A stretch of DNA of 64,000 bases. Origin: an uncultured Phycisphaerales bacterium. Its GTDB lineage: Bacteria; Planctomycetota; Phycisphaerae; Sedimentisphaerales; Anaerobacaceae. Both the position numbers and the translations under genes were made by a program. Below, piece after piece: positions 18,674 to 28,130 of this stretch. The stretch covers positions 2,528,001 through 2,592,000 of the forward strand of contig OY970359.1 in the NCBI GenBank assembly GCA_963718665.1, given 5' to 3'. The notes under the pieces were generated by a model. It searched no databases and was not told the DNA's origin. It saw only the letters and a program-made list of their open reading frames with translations. Every line of letters starts with the position of its first letter. Position 1 is the stretch's first letter.

Positions 18674-20512
18674 ATGGCGAAAAGGCGGCTGCTTTGGCAG
18701 CTTTATCTTCCCTACCTGATAATTACTATTCTGGCGCTTGTTCTTTTAAGCTGGTATGCGTCTTATTCGTTCCGCTGGTTTTACTACGATGAGATTGCAC
18801 AAAATCTCGAATCGAGGACTCGGCTTGCAGGGCGGCAGATTTTGCCCGCTGTGAGTCAGAAAAGTTTCGACGAGGTTGACCAGTTGTGCAAATTGCTTGG
18901 TCAAACCGCCGGGATTCGGCTCACGATGATACTTCCTGACGGCCGGGTTGTCGGCGATTCGGACCAGCAGCCGGCCAAAATGGAAAATCACGCGGACCGT
19001 CCTGAGTTCAGGCAGGCGGTGAGCGGGCAGACCGGCAGGTCCGTGCGATTCAGCGACACCTTAGGCAAAAATATGATGTATATCGCTGTGCCTCTCAAAG
19101 AGCAGGAGCAGACAATAGCAGATTCGACCTCTTCGGCTGGTTCGACAAGCTCGCCGCTGGCGGTTGTTCGCGGGTCGCTTTCGGTAATCGCTGTTGACAA
19201 GGCGCTGAATGATATTTACGCAAAAATAATCTGGGGAATGGTGGGGGCGGCGGTTTGTGCGGCGGGCGTAACTTTAGTTGTATCCCGCAAGATAACCCGG
19301 CCCATCGAACAAATGAAAGACGCCGCGAAGCGGTTCGCCACGGGGCAGTTAGACCACAGGGTCCCCGTGCCTGATTCTGAAGAATTAGCTGAGCTTGCAG
19401 AAGCGCTTAACGAAACTGCTGACCGTCTCAAGCGAACAATCGAAACCATAACAAACCAGAAGAATCAGCTTGAAGCGATTTTAAGCAGTATGGCTGAAGG
19501 CGTGATAGCTGTGGATTCGGACGGACGAATCGTGAGTATCAATAAAAAGGCGGCACAGCTTCTTGAGATAGATGGCAATTCGGCCACAGGACGCATTATT
19601 GAGGAAACAATCAGAAATGTGGATATCCAGCGATTTATGCGATATACCCTGAATCTCTCTGCACCAACGGAAGAGGATATTACTCTGTCGGCAAAGCCGC
19701 CTGTTTTGCTACGGGCCAGAGGCACATACCTCACCGACCATCAGGGCAATAAAAGCGGGGCTGTTATTGTATTGAGCGATATGACGAGGATGCAGCGGCT
19801 GGAAAATATCAGGCGCGACTTTGTAGCCAATGTCTCTCACGAGCTTAGGACGCCGATTACTTCCATTAAAGGATTTGTTGAAACACTCTTAGACGGCGCC
19901 ATTAACGAACCCGAACAGGCACAGCGATTTCTCAAAATTATAGCGGGCCATACCGACCGGCTGATGGCGATTATAGAAGATTTGCTGAGCTTGTCCCGCC
20001 TCGAAGAAAACGGCCAAACGAGAATGATTGCGAGGGAGCATTTGAAGGTGAGGTCCGTTCTCGAATCGGCAGTTGAGCTTTCCGGTCCGAAGGCAGGCGA
20101 CAAGAAAATCAAAATCGAGATTGACTGCGATGATGATTTGGAGGCATTGATAAACCCTACTTTGCTTGAGCAGGCGGTTTTGAATCTCGTTGATAACGCC
20201 ATTAAATATAGTCCCGCTGAAAGCACGATTCAGATAAGCGCACACGCAGCGGATTCGACAAGCTCACCGCAGGCGGAAAATGAAGTGATTATCGCGGTGA
20301 AAGATTCGGGCTGCGGCATAGAAAAGAGCCATCTTTCACGCATATTCGAGCGGTTCTACGTTGTTGACAAGGCCCGCACGAGAAAACTCGGCGGGACGGG
20401 CCTTGGCCTTGCGATAGTCAAGCACATCACAAATCTTCACGGCGGCTCAGTTACCGTCGAAAGCACCCCCGGCCAAGGCAGCACCTTCACTATTCACCTG
20501 CCTGTTAGATAA
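18674..20512 (+). CDS. phoR: PhoR-type sensor histidine kinase (HAMP-PAS-HisKA-HATPase)
   Basis: MENHADRPE, DFVANVSHELRTP, NLVDNAIKY, RIFERFY, GGTGLGLAIVKH; carries two short in-frame insertions. Confidence 0.9.
   Translation: MAKRRLLWQLYLPYLIITILALVLLSWYASYSFRWFYYDEIAQNLESRTRLAGRQILPAVSQKSFDEVDQLCKLLGQTAGIRLTMILPDGRVVGDSDQQPAKMENHADRPEFRQAVSGQTGRSVRFSDTLGKNMMYIAVPLKEQEQTIADSTSSAGSTSSPLAVVRGSLSVIAVDKALNDIYAKIIWGMVGAAVCAAGVTLVVSRKITRPIEQMKDAAKRFATGQLDHRVPVPDSEELAELAEALNETADRLKRTIETITNQKNQLEAILSSMAEGVIAVDSDGRIVSINKKAAQLLEIDGNSATGRIIEETIRNVDIQRFMRYTLNLSAPTEEDITLSAKPPVLLRARGTYLTDHQGNKSGAVIVLSDMTRMQRLENIRRDFVANVSHELRTPITSIKGFVETLLDGAINEPEQAQRFLKIIAGHTDRLMAIIEDLLSLSRLEENGQTRMIAREHLKVRSVLESAVELSGPKAGDKKIKIEIDCDDDLEALINPTLLEQAVLNLVDNAIKYSPAESTIQISAHAADSTSSPQAENEVIIAVKDSGCGIEKSHLSRIFERFYVVDKARTRKLGGTGLGLAIVKHITNLHGGSVTVESTPGQGSTFTIHLPVR
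19121..19162 (+). repeat. In-frame REP-like insertion, double unit (DSTSSAGSTSSPLA), in phoR
   Basis: gattcgacctcttcggctggttcgacaagctcgccgctggcg, sharing the ttcgacaagctc core with the copies at 20252 and 54695. Confidence 0.7.
20252..20275 (+). repeat. In-frame REP-like insertion (DSTSSPQA) in the phoR ATPase domain
   Basis: gcgga-ttcgacaagctcaccgcag-gcgga: 5-bp direct repeat around a 19-nt core. Confidence 0.8.
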
Positions 20513-20554
20513 ACATTTTCTCGATTTCCTCTTTTTCCAATAATACCCCTTTAA

Positions 20555-20582
20555 TTAACACAATTCTAACATCAATTTAACA
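20555..20582 (+). promoter_or_regulatory. Pho-box-like array upstream of the porin gene
   Basis: ttaaca(20555), ctaaca(20566), ttaaca(20577): 11-bp period. Confidence 0.8.
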
Positions 20583-20687
20583 GGCCTTTAGCGAAGCTCA
20601 AATAATATCCTAAATGGGTACGACGCCATCCGGGGTGGTCTCGGGTCAGCGTTCAAGTAAAAGAAGTGTTTTGTGGAGGTATGAGTA

Positions 20688-21971
20688 ATGAATAAATTAA
20701 GGATGATTTGTGGGTGTCTGCTGCTGGGTCTGGTTTTCGCCTGCAGCGCAAAGGCCGACGAAATCAGCGATATGAAAAAGCAGATAGCTGATTTGCAGGC
20801 CAGATTAGACCAGCTGGAAGCACAACAGAAGAAGGTCGTCGCCGAGGAGGTCAACAAGGCCATAGAGCAGAAACAGGTTTCAGCGTTGCCGGAAAACGCA
20901 AAATGGATTGAGAACATGAAAATCAGCGGTGATTTACGGTACCGCTACGAGGGGATTGATTCACAGACCAAAGGTAAATGGTCGAGCAAGGGCGAAAGCG
21001 ACAGCATAGAACGAAATCGGCTTCGCGCCAGGATTGGAATTTACGACAAAATCAACGATGAGGTTGACGTCGGTTTCCGGCTTGGCAGCGGGTCAAACGG
21101 CGACCCTACTTCTACAAACCAGACCGAAGGGGATGCTTTCAGCAAAAAACCGATTTGGCTGGACCAGGCATACTTTGACTGGCATCCGAAAGATATAACG
21201 GGTTTTGACTTCATAGGCGGCAAAATGGTTAATCCTTTCTACCGGGTCGGCACCAATGAGTTAATTTGGGATGTTGACCTGAATCCGGAAGGTCTTGCCG
21301 CCAAATACGAACTGCCGATTAACGATTCTCTAAAGGCATATATCAACGGCGGCGGATTCTGGGTTGGAAATCCCGATAATGTCGATACCTCAGCTGGAGC
21401 TTCTACATCGCTGTGGGGGATACAGAGTTATCTGAAGAATACTTTTGAGGACAAGAGTTACCTGCTGGGCGGCATGAGCCTTTACACATACGGGAATATC
21501 AAGGGAGAACCCAACGTTAGCTCGACGTGGGGCAAGAACAGTTTCTTCGGCAATACCTCAGTCAACGGGACTTACAAATATGGTTATGACATCGTTGAGG
21601 GATTCGCAGAATACGGCACTAAAATCGCGGATTTCCCGGTCGCAGTGTTTGGGGATGTTGCTCATAACACGGATGCACCCAGCGGCAAGAACAATGGCTG
21701 GCTCATCGGAACCATATTCAACAAGGCAAAAGACCCCGGCTCATGGCAAATCGGATATGATTATCGCGACATTGAGTCCGATGCAGTAGCAGGCCAGTTC
21801 AACTATTCTGATTTCGACGGCGGCGGCACAAACGCCAAGGGCCACCAATTTAACTTCGTTTATCAATTAGCGAAGAATTTCCAGACCTGCCTGACCTACT
21901 TAATCGATGAAAACAGAACCACGAACGATAAATACCGCCGGCTGCAGGCAGATTTGGTTTTCAAATTTTAA
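20688..21971 (+). CDS. Putative outer-membrane porin (N-terminal coiled coil plus beta-barrel), probably for phosphate uptake
   Basis: Signal peptide AKA|DE, ISGDLRYRYE, R.RLRARIG, DPTSTNQT, C-terminal RLQADLVFKF beta-signal; lies between phoR and pstS. Confidence 0.85.
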   Translation: MNKLRMICGCLLLGLVFACSAKADEISDMKKQIADLQARLDQLEAQQKKVVAEEVNKAIEQKQVSALPENAKWIENMKISGDLRYRYEGIDSQTKGKWSSKGESDSIERNRLRARIGIYDKINDEVDVGFRLGSGSNGDPTSTNQTEGDAFSKKPIWLDQAYFDWHPKDITGFDFIGGKMVNPFYRVGTNELIWDVDLNPEGLAAKYELPINDSLKAYINGGGFWVGNPDNVDTSAGASTSLWGIQSYLKNTFEDKSYLLGGMSLYTYGNIKGEPNVSSTWGKNSFFGNTSVNGTYKYGYDIVEGFAEYGTKIADFPVAVFGDVAHNTDAPSGKNNGWLIGTIFNKAKDPGSWQIGYDYRDIESDAVAGQFNYSDFDGGGTNAKGHQFNFVYQLAKNFQTCLTYLIDENRTTNDKYRRLQADLVFKF

Positions 21972-21983
21972 AGATGATTTGTT

Positions 21984-22022
21984 CTAACGAAAGATTGACC
22001 GATTATTAACATAATCCTAACA
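21984..22022 (+). promoter_or_regulatory. Pho-box-like array upstream of the 27-codon ORF
   Basis: ctaacg(21984), ttgacc(21995), ttaaca(22006), ctaaca(22017): 11-bp period. Confidence 0.7.
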
Positions 22023-22061
22023 ATGTTCGCGTAATTTAATCTTGAAAGGAGAAAAAGCGAA

Positions 22062-22145
22062 ATGAAGAGATTGGTGTGTAGTTTAGTTTTGCTGGCACTT
22101 GCAGCCACAGGTCTGGTGCGGGCGGACGTGGTATTTAAGTTTTAA
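22062..22145 (+). CDS. 27-aa ORF MKRLVCSLVLLALAATGLVRADVVFKF: signal peptide plus porin-like beta-signal (mini-protein or collapsed porin paralogue)
   Basis: AAGGAG Shine-Dalgarno, ATG at 22062, TAA ending 22145; C-terminus ADVVFKF matches the upstream porin's ADLVFKF. Below the ORF-track length cutoff. Confidence 0.7.
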   Translation: MKRLVCSLVLLALAATGLVRADVVFKF

Positions 22146-22162
22146 ATGGACCTTAATTGATT

Positions 22163-22179
22163 CTAACAGAAACCTAACT
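22163..22179 (+). promoter_or_regulatory. Pho-box-like pair upstream of pstS
   Basis: ctaaca(22163), ctaact(22174). Confidence 0.55.
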
Positions 22180-22212
22180 CTTTCAGTTTAGGTTGATATA
22201 AAAGGAAAGATT

Positions 22213-23220
22213 ATGAAAAAAATAATTGCACTATCATTAACGGTGGTATTGGCGATGGCGGCAACCTCACTGGCAGAAGTTACGCTTAACGGGGCTGGAG
22301 CGACCTTCCCTTATCCCGTGTATTCTGCATGGGCTAATGAGTATAGTAAGGTTACAGATGTAAAGCTGAACTACCAGTCTATCGGGTCGGGCGGCGGGAT
22401 TAAGCAGATAACTGAACGCACGGTAGATTTCGGAGCTTCCGATAAGCCGCTTACTCCTGAAGAACTGGCCAAGAACAAGCTGATTCAATTCCCGGCAGTC
22501 ATCGGCGGGGTCGTGCCTGTTGTCAATATCACAGGCATCAAGGCGGGAGATTTAAAACTCGATTCCAACACGCTCAGTAAAATTTATCTCGGTGAAATAA
22601 AAAGCTGGAACGACCAGAAAATCAAGGAATTGAACCCAATGCTTAATTTACCCAGCAACGAGATTACCGTAGTACACCGCTCAGACGGGTCTGGAACAAC
22701 CGCCATCTTTACAGATTATTTGTGCGACGTTTCTTCTGAATGGAAAGAGAAAGTCGGCACCGGCACCTCCGTGAGTTGGCCGGTGGGCATCGGCGGCAAA
22801 GGAAATGAAGGAGTGGCAAACTATGTTCAGCAGCAGAATAATTCCATCGGCTATGTGGAATTCGCGTACGCCACGCAAAACCATCTTGCCTACATACTGC
22901 TCAAAAACCGTGCAGGCACATTTGTAGAACCGAGCTTCGAGAGCTTTGAAGATGCAGCCGCAACCGCCGACTTCGATGCAAATAAGGATTTTTACCTCTG
23001 GCTTAACAATGCGCCGGGTAAAAAGTCGTGGCCTATCGCGGGCGCCACATTCATTCTTCTCGCCAAAGAGAAAAAAGAATCGAATGTGAAGGTTGTTAAG
23101 TTCTACGATTGGGCATTCAGGAATGGAGACGATAAGGCGAAAGAACTTATTTATGTCCCGCTTCCTGAATCGTTGAAAGACAAAGTACGCGGATATTGGA
23201 AGTCGAACGGCATTGAGTAA
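22213..23220 (+). CDS. pstS: Phosphate ABC transporter substrate-binding protein
   Basis: GAGATFPYP, NYQSIGSGGG, DFGASD, HRSDGSGTT, GGKGNEGV. Confidence 0.98.
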   Translation: MKKIIALSLTVVLAMAATSLAEVTLNGAGATFPYPVYSAWANEYSKVTDVKLNYQSIGSGGGIKQITERTVDFGASDKPLTPEELAKNKLIQFPAVIGGVVPVVNITGIKAGDLKLDSNTLSKIYLGEIKSWNDQKIKELNPMLNLPSNEITVVHRSDGSGTTAIFTDYLCDVSSEWKEKVGTGTSVSWPVGIGGKGNEGVANYVQQQNNSIGYVEFAYATQNHLAYILLKNRAGTFVEPSFESFEDAAATADFDANKDFYLWLNNAPGKKSWPIAGATFILLAKEKKESNVKVVKFYDWAFRNGDDKAKELIYVPLPESLKDKVRGYWKSNGIE

Positions 23221-23262
23221 AACAGCATCACCTGCTAAGAAAGAGAAAAAAAGAAGTGAAAA

Positions 23263-23302
23263 CAAACGGGTCAGGTATATGCCTTTATACCTGACCCGTT
23301 TG
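23263..23302 (+). terminator. Strong stem-loop between pstS and pstC (mRNA stabiliser or partial terminator)
   Basis: caaacgggtcaggtata...tatacctgacccgtttg, a 17-bp perfect stem. Confidence 0.65.
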
Positions 23303-23350
23303 AGCGTTGTTAGAAATACCATAGTAGAGCATCGAAAGAAGGGTTATCCT

Positions 23351-24292
23351 TTGATACTATTTCCTAAAAAGAATTTTTCCGATCTGTTTTTTTCCTCTCT
23401 TACCGCTGTTGCGTCATTTACGATCATCATTTTCATTGTCGGAATTCTGACGGTACTTTTTAAGGAATCTTCTCTTGCGATGAAGAAGTTCGGTCTGTTC
23501 AATTTTCTGACATCGACCGCGTGGGACCCCGTCAAAGGCATTTTCGGAGCAGCCACCACCATTTATGGCACCTTTGTCACAACCGCCCTCGCCCTGCTCT
23601 TTGCCATACCAACCGCCATCGGCATAGCGATATTCGTCACTGAAATCGCCCCAAATTTTCTCAAAGGCCCTTTTGGCATCGCTATCGAACTGCTGGCCTC
23701 CATCCCAAGCATTATTTACGGCATGTGGGGACTTTTTACCCTTGCTCCCATCATGTCGAAATATGTCGAACCGGCGCTACAGGGAACCGTTGGGAAACTG
23801 CCCTTTGTCAGTATCCTGTTTCAAGGAACTCCTATGGGTATTGATCTGCTGACGGCAAGCGTCATCCTCGGCATTATGATAATTCCTTTTACGGCAAGCA
23901 TCGCTCGCGATTCATTCAACCTGACCCCACCAGTTGTCAAGGAATCGGCCTATGCAATGGGTGCAACGCAGTGGGAGGTGGTTAAGGATGTAATACTCCC
24001 CTACTCCAGACTGGGCGTGTTCGGAGGGGCAGCGCTGTCTTTAGGGCGAGCGTTGGGCGAAACTATGGCGGTTGCCTTTGTGCTCGGCAATAGTCACAAG
24101 ATTGCTACATCGCTCCTTGACGCAGCTTCTACCATCACTGTAACACTTGCGAATGAATTTACCGAAGCTGATAGCGACATCTATCTGTCATCTCTCTATT
24201 ATCTTGCGCTCGCATTATTCGTGATGAGCTTCATCATATTGGCGATATCGAAATATTTTCTTCTGAAAGCTGAGAGGAGATATCATCGATGA
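23351..24292 (+). CDS. pstC: Phosphate ABC transporter permease
   Basis: IELLASIPSIIYGMWG, ESAYAMGAT, LGRALGETMAV; TTG start at 23351 inferred because it follows the hairpin. Confidence 0.95.
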   Translation: MILFPKKNFSDLFFSSLTAVASFTIIIFIVGILTVLFKESSLAMKKFGLFNFLTSTAWDPVKGIFGAATTIYGTFVTTALALLFAIPTAIGIAIFVTEIAPNFLKGPFGIAIELLASIPSIIYGMWGLFTLAPIMSKYVEPALQGTVGKLPFVSILFQGTPMGIDLLTASVILGIMIIPFTASIARDSFNLTPPVVKESAYAMGATQWEVVKDVILPYSRLGVFGGAALSLGRALGETMAVAFVLGNSHKIATSLLDAASTITVTLANEFTEADSDIYLSSLYYLALALFVMSFIILAISKYFLLKAERRYHR

Positions 24293-25131
24293 CATATGAG
24301 CAGAAACGTAAAGTTAATAACTTTATTGCCCTCGCTCTGAGCGGCTTTGCAGCGGCAATAGGACTGTTCTGGCTCATCTATATCTTGGCGGATGTCATAA
24401 TCCATGGAATAGGCGCATTGCGTCTTAGTCTATTCTTTAATGACCCTGCCCCTGCCGGGGTCGATGGAGGCGGACTGAGAAACGCTTTCATAGGCCAGTT
24501 GATGATAATCGGCATCGCCACTTTGATTGGCGTGCCGATAGGCATTCTCGGAGGCACATTCCTGGCAGAGTACGCACGAGGGAAAAAAATCGCCAGGTTT
24601 ATCAGCATTCTTGCGGATATCATGGTCAGTGTCCCATCAATTGTGGTAGGTGCGTTTATCTATGCAATTCTCGTACGACCGCTTCATCATTTCAGCGGCT
24701 GGGCGGGGGCCATCGCGCTTTCGGTCATTATGATTCCGGTGGTTCTCAGAACAACGGAAGATATGCTCTCGCTGGTACCGTGGACATTAAGGGAAGCGGC
24801 ATTTGCACTTGGAGCGCCTTATTATAAAGTAATCACACAGGTGGTATATCGCGGCGCATCCGCAGGAATCCTTACCGGTGTGCTGCTGTCTATAGCCCGG
24901 GTGGCAGGTGAAACCGCACCGCTGCTTTTTACGTCGTTCAACAACAACTTTTTCTCATGGAAGATGAACGGACCCGTCGCTTCGCTGACGGTTACCATCT
25001 TTCAATACGCAATGGGGCCGTATAAAAGCTGGCATACGCAGGCGTGGGGCGCAGCGTTCGTTATCACGTTGTTCATACTTATTCTGACAATAACAGGCAG
25101 AACGGTCATTTGGTGGAGGTATAAACATTGA
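24289..25131 (+). CDS. pstA: Phosphate ABC transporter permease
   Basis: [36 protein letters not shown]. Confidence 0.97.
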   Translation: MTYEQKRKVNNFIALALSGFAAAIGLFWLIYILADVIIHGIGALRLSLFFNDPAPAGVDGGGLRNAFIGQLMIIGIATLIGVPIGILGGTFLAEYARGKKIARFISILADIMVSVPSIVVGAFIYAILVRPLHHFSGWAGAIALSVIMIPVVLRTTEDMLSLVPWTLREAAFALGAPYYKVITQVVYRGASAGILTGVLLSIARVAGETAPLLFTSFNNNFFSWKMNGPVASLTVTIFQYAMGPYKSWHTQAWGAAFVITLFILILTITGRTVIWWRYKH

Positions 25132-25892
25132 TGGAAACTATTGAGATAGAGGTTAAAAAACTGGACTTTTATTATGGCGGGAAGATACATGCTCTGAAAG
25201 GAATATCACTGCCGATTAGTAAAAACAGCGTTACGGCGATCATCGGGCCGTCGGGATGCGGCAAAACGACGCTGCTTCGCTGTTTCAATCGAATGCACGA
25301 CCTCTATCCGTATCATCGATATGAAGGCCAGATCATCTTTCAGAATAAAAATATTCTGTCCGGCGACATAGACCTCATCAATCTCAGGAGCCGCATCGGC
25401 ATGGTGTTTCAGAAACCGACGCCATTTCCGATGTCAATAGCCGATAATATCGCTTATGGTCTAAGGCTCAAAGGCATAAAAAATAAATCGGAACTGTCTG
25501 GCCTTATCGAACAATCTCTTAAACATGCTGCGCTTTGGGAAGAAGTCAAGGATAAGTTGGACAAAAGCGCCTATGAACTTTCCGGCGGCCAGCAGCAGCG
25601 GCTTGTAATCGCGAGAGCATTGGCCGTTGAACCGGAAATCCTTCTCTTCGACGAAGCCTGTTCCGCCTTGGATCCGATTTCAACCGCAAAAATCGAAGAA
25701 TGCATAGTGAATCTAAAGAAAGACGTTACTATCATAGTCGTAACGCATAATATGCAGCAGGCGTCGCGTGTCTCCGATATGACCGGTTTTCTTTACATGG
25801 GCGAACTCATAGAATTCGGGACCACCGATAAAATATTCACCAGCCCCACCAACAAGCAGACTGAAGATTATGTTACCGGCAAATTCGGCTAA
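25131..25892 (+). CDS. pstB: Phosphate ABC transporter ATPase
   Basis: [49 protein letters not shown]. Confidence 0.98.
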   Translation: METIEIEVKKLDFYYGGKIHALKGISLPISKNSVTAIIGPSGCGKTTLLRCFNRMHDLYPYHRYEGQIIFQNKNILSGDIDLINLRSRIGMVFQKPTPFPMSIADNIAYGLRLKGIKNKSELSGLIEQSLKHAALWEEVKDKLDKSAYELSGGQQQRLVIARALAVEPEILLFDEACSALDPISTAKIEECIVNLKKDVTIIVVTHNMQQASRVSDMTGFLYMGELIEFGTTDKIFTSPTNKQTEDYVTGKFG

Positions 25893-25931
25893 AATGTATG
25901 AAAGCGATAAAGTGCAATTGTAACAGTCCAT

Positions 25932-26612
25932 ATGACGGAGAATGGTATGTCTGTGCATTTACAGCGAGAAATTGAGAATCTGAAAAAGAAACTGCTGACA
26001 CTAAGCGCTATTGTTGAGACGGCCGTGCGTGATGCGACGCTTTCGATTGAGAACCGCGATTACGAACTTGCCCAGAAGATAATTCAAAACGACCCCCGGA
26101 TTGACAGTATGGAGGTGGGGGTAGAGGAGGACTGCCTCAAGGTTCTCGCTCTGCATCAGCCGGTCGCAATTGATTTGCGTTTTATCGTTGCCGTGCTGAA
26201 AATGAATAACGACCTCGAACGCATCGGCGACCTGGCTGTAAATATCGCGGAGCGGTCGGCGTTTCTGTCTAAGCATCCTCCCGTTGGTTTTTCTCTGGGT
26301 CTGATTGAAATGGTTGATAAAGTACAGGATATGCTCAAGCACAGCTTAGATGCGCTTATCGGTCTCAGTTCCGGCCTGGCTCACGAGGTTTGCGCAAGCG
26401 ATGATGCCGTTGACGCCATGAACAGGCAGATGTATATCAAAATTCAGGACGCCATAAGAAGAAATCCCGAACAACTGGAGTCGCTTATTCACCTGTTGTC
26501 TGTGTCAAGACATCTGGAACGAATAGCCGACCACGCCACCAATATCGCCGAGGACGTCATCTATATGGTCGAGGGACAAATCGCCCGCCATCGCACCGAA
26601 GATTACAAATAA
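25932..26612 (+). CDS. phoU: Phosphate signalling protein PhoU
   Basis: QPVAIDLR, DLERIGDLAVNIA, LERIADHATNIAEDVIY. Start may be 25947. Confidence 0.97.
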   Translation: MTENGMSVHLQREIENLKKKLLTLSAIVETAVRDATLSIENRDYELAQKIIQNDPRIDSMEVGVEEDCLKVLALHQPVAIDLRFIVAVLKMNNDLERIGDLAVNIAERSAFLSKHPPVGFSLGLIEMVDKVQDMLKHSLDALIGLSSGLAHEVCASDDAVDAMNRQMYIKIQDAIRRNPEQLESLIHLLSVSRHLERIADHATNIAEDVIYMVEGQIARHRTEDYK

Positions 26613-26666
26613 TTGTTGGGATACTCTTTAATCCAGCCATCATATCGACGCCAACGCCCACAACAA

Positions 26667-26705
26667 CTAACTGATTTCTAACAAACACATAATCATATTC
26701 TGACA
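26667..26705 (+). promoter_or_regulatory. Pho-box-like array downstream of phoU, upstream of a structured leader and the cheW-like gene
   Basis: ctaact(26667), ctaaca(26678), ataatc(26689), ctgaca(26700): 11-bp period. Confidence 0.6.
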
Positions 26706-26854
26706 ATCCCTGCTTAAACTGTGGACGTATTAATAAAAGGAGGATGTTGATGTGACCGCTGGGTGCGTAGCCAGGGTGTAATAGGGCACCCCAGCGAGGA
26801 AGTAAAACACAATGTTGTGTTTTTGATATAAATCGATGTTTAAGGAGTGAACAA

Positions 26855-27409
26855 ATGGTAACAATGACAAGAAAACCACGGCAAGTCCACGGAATAAACA
26901 AGTTTCATTATTCATGGTTTACATCTTTTCTTCTTGCTTATGAAACTGACGCACGAAGATTGAACCTGCGCTGCCTGGGCTGCCGGGAGTTGATAAAGTT
27001 TGATTACAAGAAGCCCACTCATATAAGAGGCGTTATAGAATTTAACGGCTTATATATACCCGTCATAGACCCGGGTATTTTGCTGCTCGGCCGGCCGTCG
27101 GCATTCAGTAATTTAAGCTGCATACTGATTGTGCCGCACCGCTGGGAAAATCAGCAGTATTATACGGGCGTTGTAATAGAAGACATCGATGAGATTATGG
27201 AGTTTGCATCCAGCGAACCTGATATTGAGCCGCTGAGAGACATTAGCGTCAATATCAGATTTGTCCTCGATATGCGCAAAAGCCCCGGGGCGGAATCGTG
27301 GCTTTATGAAAATCATCGAATGCTGGATATTTGCAGAAACGAAAACCAGCAGGAGCAGGATTATATCGCCTTTGAACGAAGGTGCTCAGAAAAAATGCTT
27401 AGCGCATAG
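26855..27409 (+). CDS. CheW-like domain protein
   Basis: PTHIRGVIEFNGLYIPVID, ILIV, GVVIEDIDEI resemble the CheW core; AAGGAG SD. Confidence 0.7.
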   Translation: MVTMTRKPRQVHGINKFHYSWFTSFLLAYETDARRLNLRCLGCRELIKFDYKKPTHIRGVIEFNGLYIPVIDPGILLLGRPSAFSNLSCILIVPHRWENQQYYTGVVIEDIDEIMEFASSEPDIEPLRDISVNIRFVLDMRKSPGAESWLYENHRMLDICRNENQQEQDYIAFERRCSEKMLSA

Positions 27410-27429
27410 CAACCGAATTGACTTCCGTA

Positions 27430-27870
27430 TCATTCCACCAGGTTATCTGGCAACTGCTCGACAAATGCCTTTATTTCATCACGCACTCTACGATAAATGC
27501 CCAATACTTCCTGCTCAGTCACTGCCTGTTTTGCCAGTCGAGGCGGGTCATCAAAACCGAAGTGAACAACTTTCGTTTTACCGGGGAAAATGGGGCAATG
27601 TTCGTGGGCGTTGTCACAAACGGTGATAACAAAATCAAAATTTACGCCTTTGAACTCGTCGAGGTGTTTTGAGCGATTATTCGATATATCAACACCGACC
27701 TCAGCCATAACCTTGACAGCAATCGGGTCAAGACCGTGCGGCTCGATACCGGCCGAATACGGCTCAATCGAATCGCTTTTAAACTTTCTCGCCCAGCCCT
27801 CGGCCATCTGGCTCCGGCAGGAATTGCCGGTGCAAAGAAACAGAATTTTAAGTTTTTCAGAATGCTTCAT
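27430..27870 (-). CDS. arsC: Arsenate reductase ArsC (LMW-PTP fold)
   Basis: ILFLCTGNSCRSQMAEG, VITVCDNAHEHCPIFPG, FDDPP, RVRDEI. Confidence 0.92.
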   Translation of the reverse strand: MKHSEKLKILFLCTGNSCRSQMAEGWARKFKSDSIEPYSAGIEPHGLDPIAVKVMAEVGVDISNNRSKHLDEFKGVNFDFVITVCDNAHEHCPIFPGKTKVVHFGFDDPPRLAKQAVTEQEVLGIYRRVRDEIKAFVEQLPDNLVE

Positions 27871-28130
27871 AACTTGCACTTTCCGGTTATTAATATTATC
27901 GGTGACCTTACCCCCCGAAAACTGAGCCACTTATAATTGGAGCTCCGGCATGATAGAGCCCGTTTACAATGCGTGACACAAGATTCAGGCAGAAACAGAT
28001 CATAGTGATTTTAAGAGATTAAGAGAAGCCAAAAATAGGGGACGACAGACACTTTTTAACTCTCTAAGGCATTTCGGATATTGGCAAAGCAAGCAAGAAG
28101 TTGTTATACTACAACCACTTAGAAAATTAG

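Noticed and set aside
19388..19406. gctgagcttgcagaagc in phoR, resembling a reverse copy of the micro-element
   Set aside because: It encodes the ordinary HAMP helix ELAELAEALN with no length anomaly; probably coincidence.
23213..23350. 46-aa N-terminal extension of PstC in the ORF track
   Set aside because: It runs through the intergenic hairpin; the TTG at 23351 is a more plausible start.
26743..26800. UGA followed by a hairpin as a possible selenocysteine/SECIS signal
   Set aside because: Readthrough meets TAG five codons later, so no plausible selenoprotein results.
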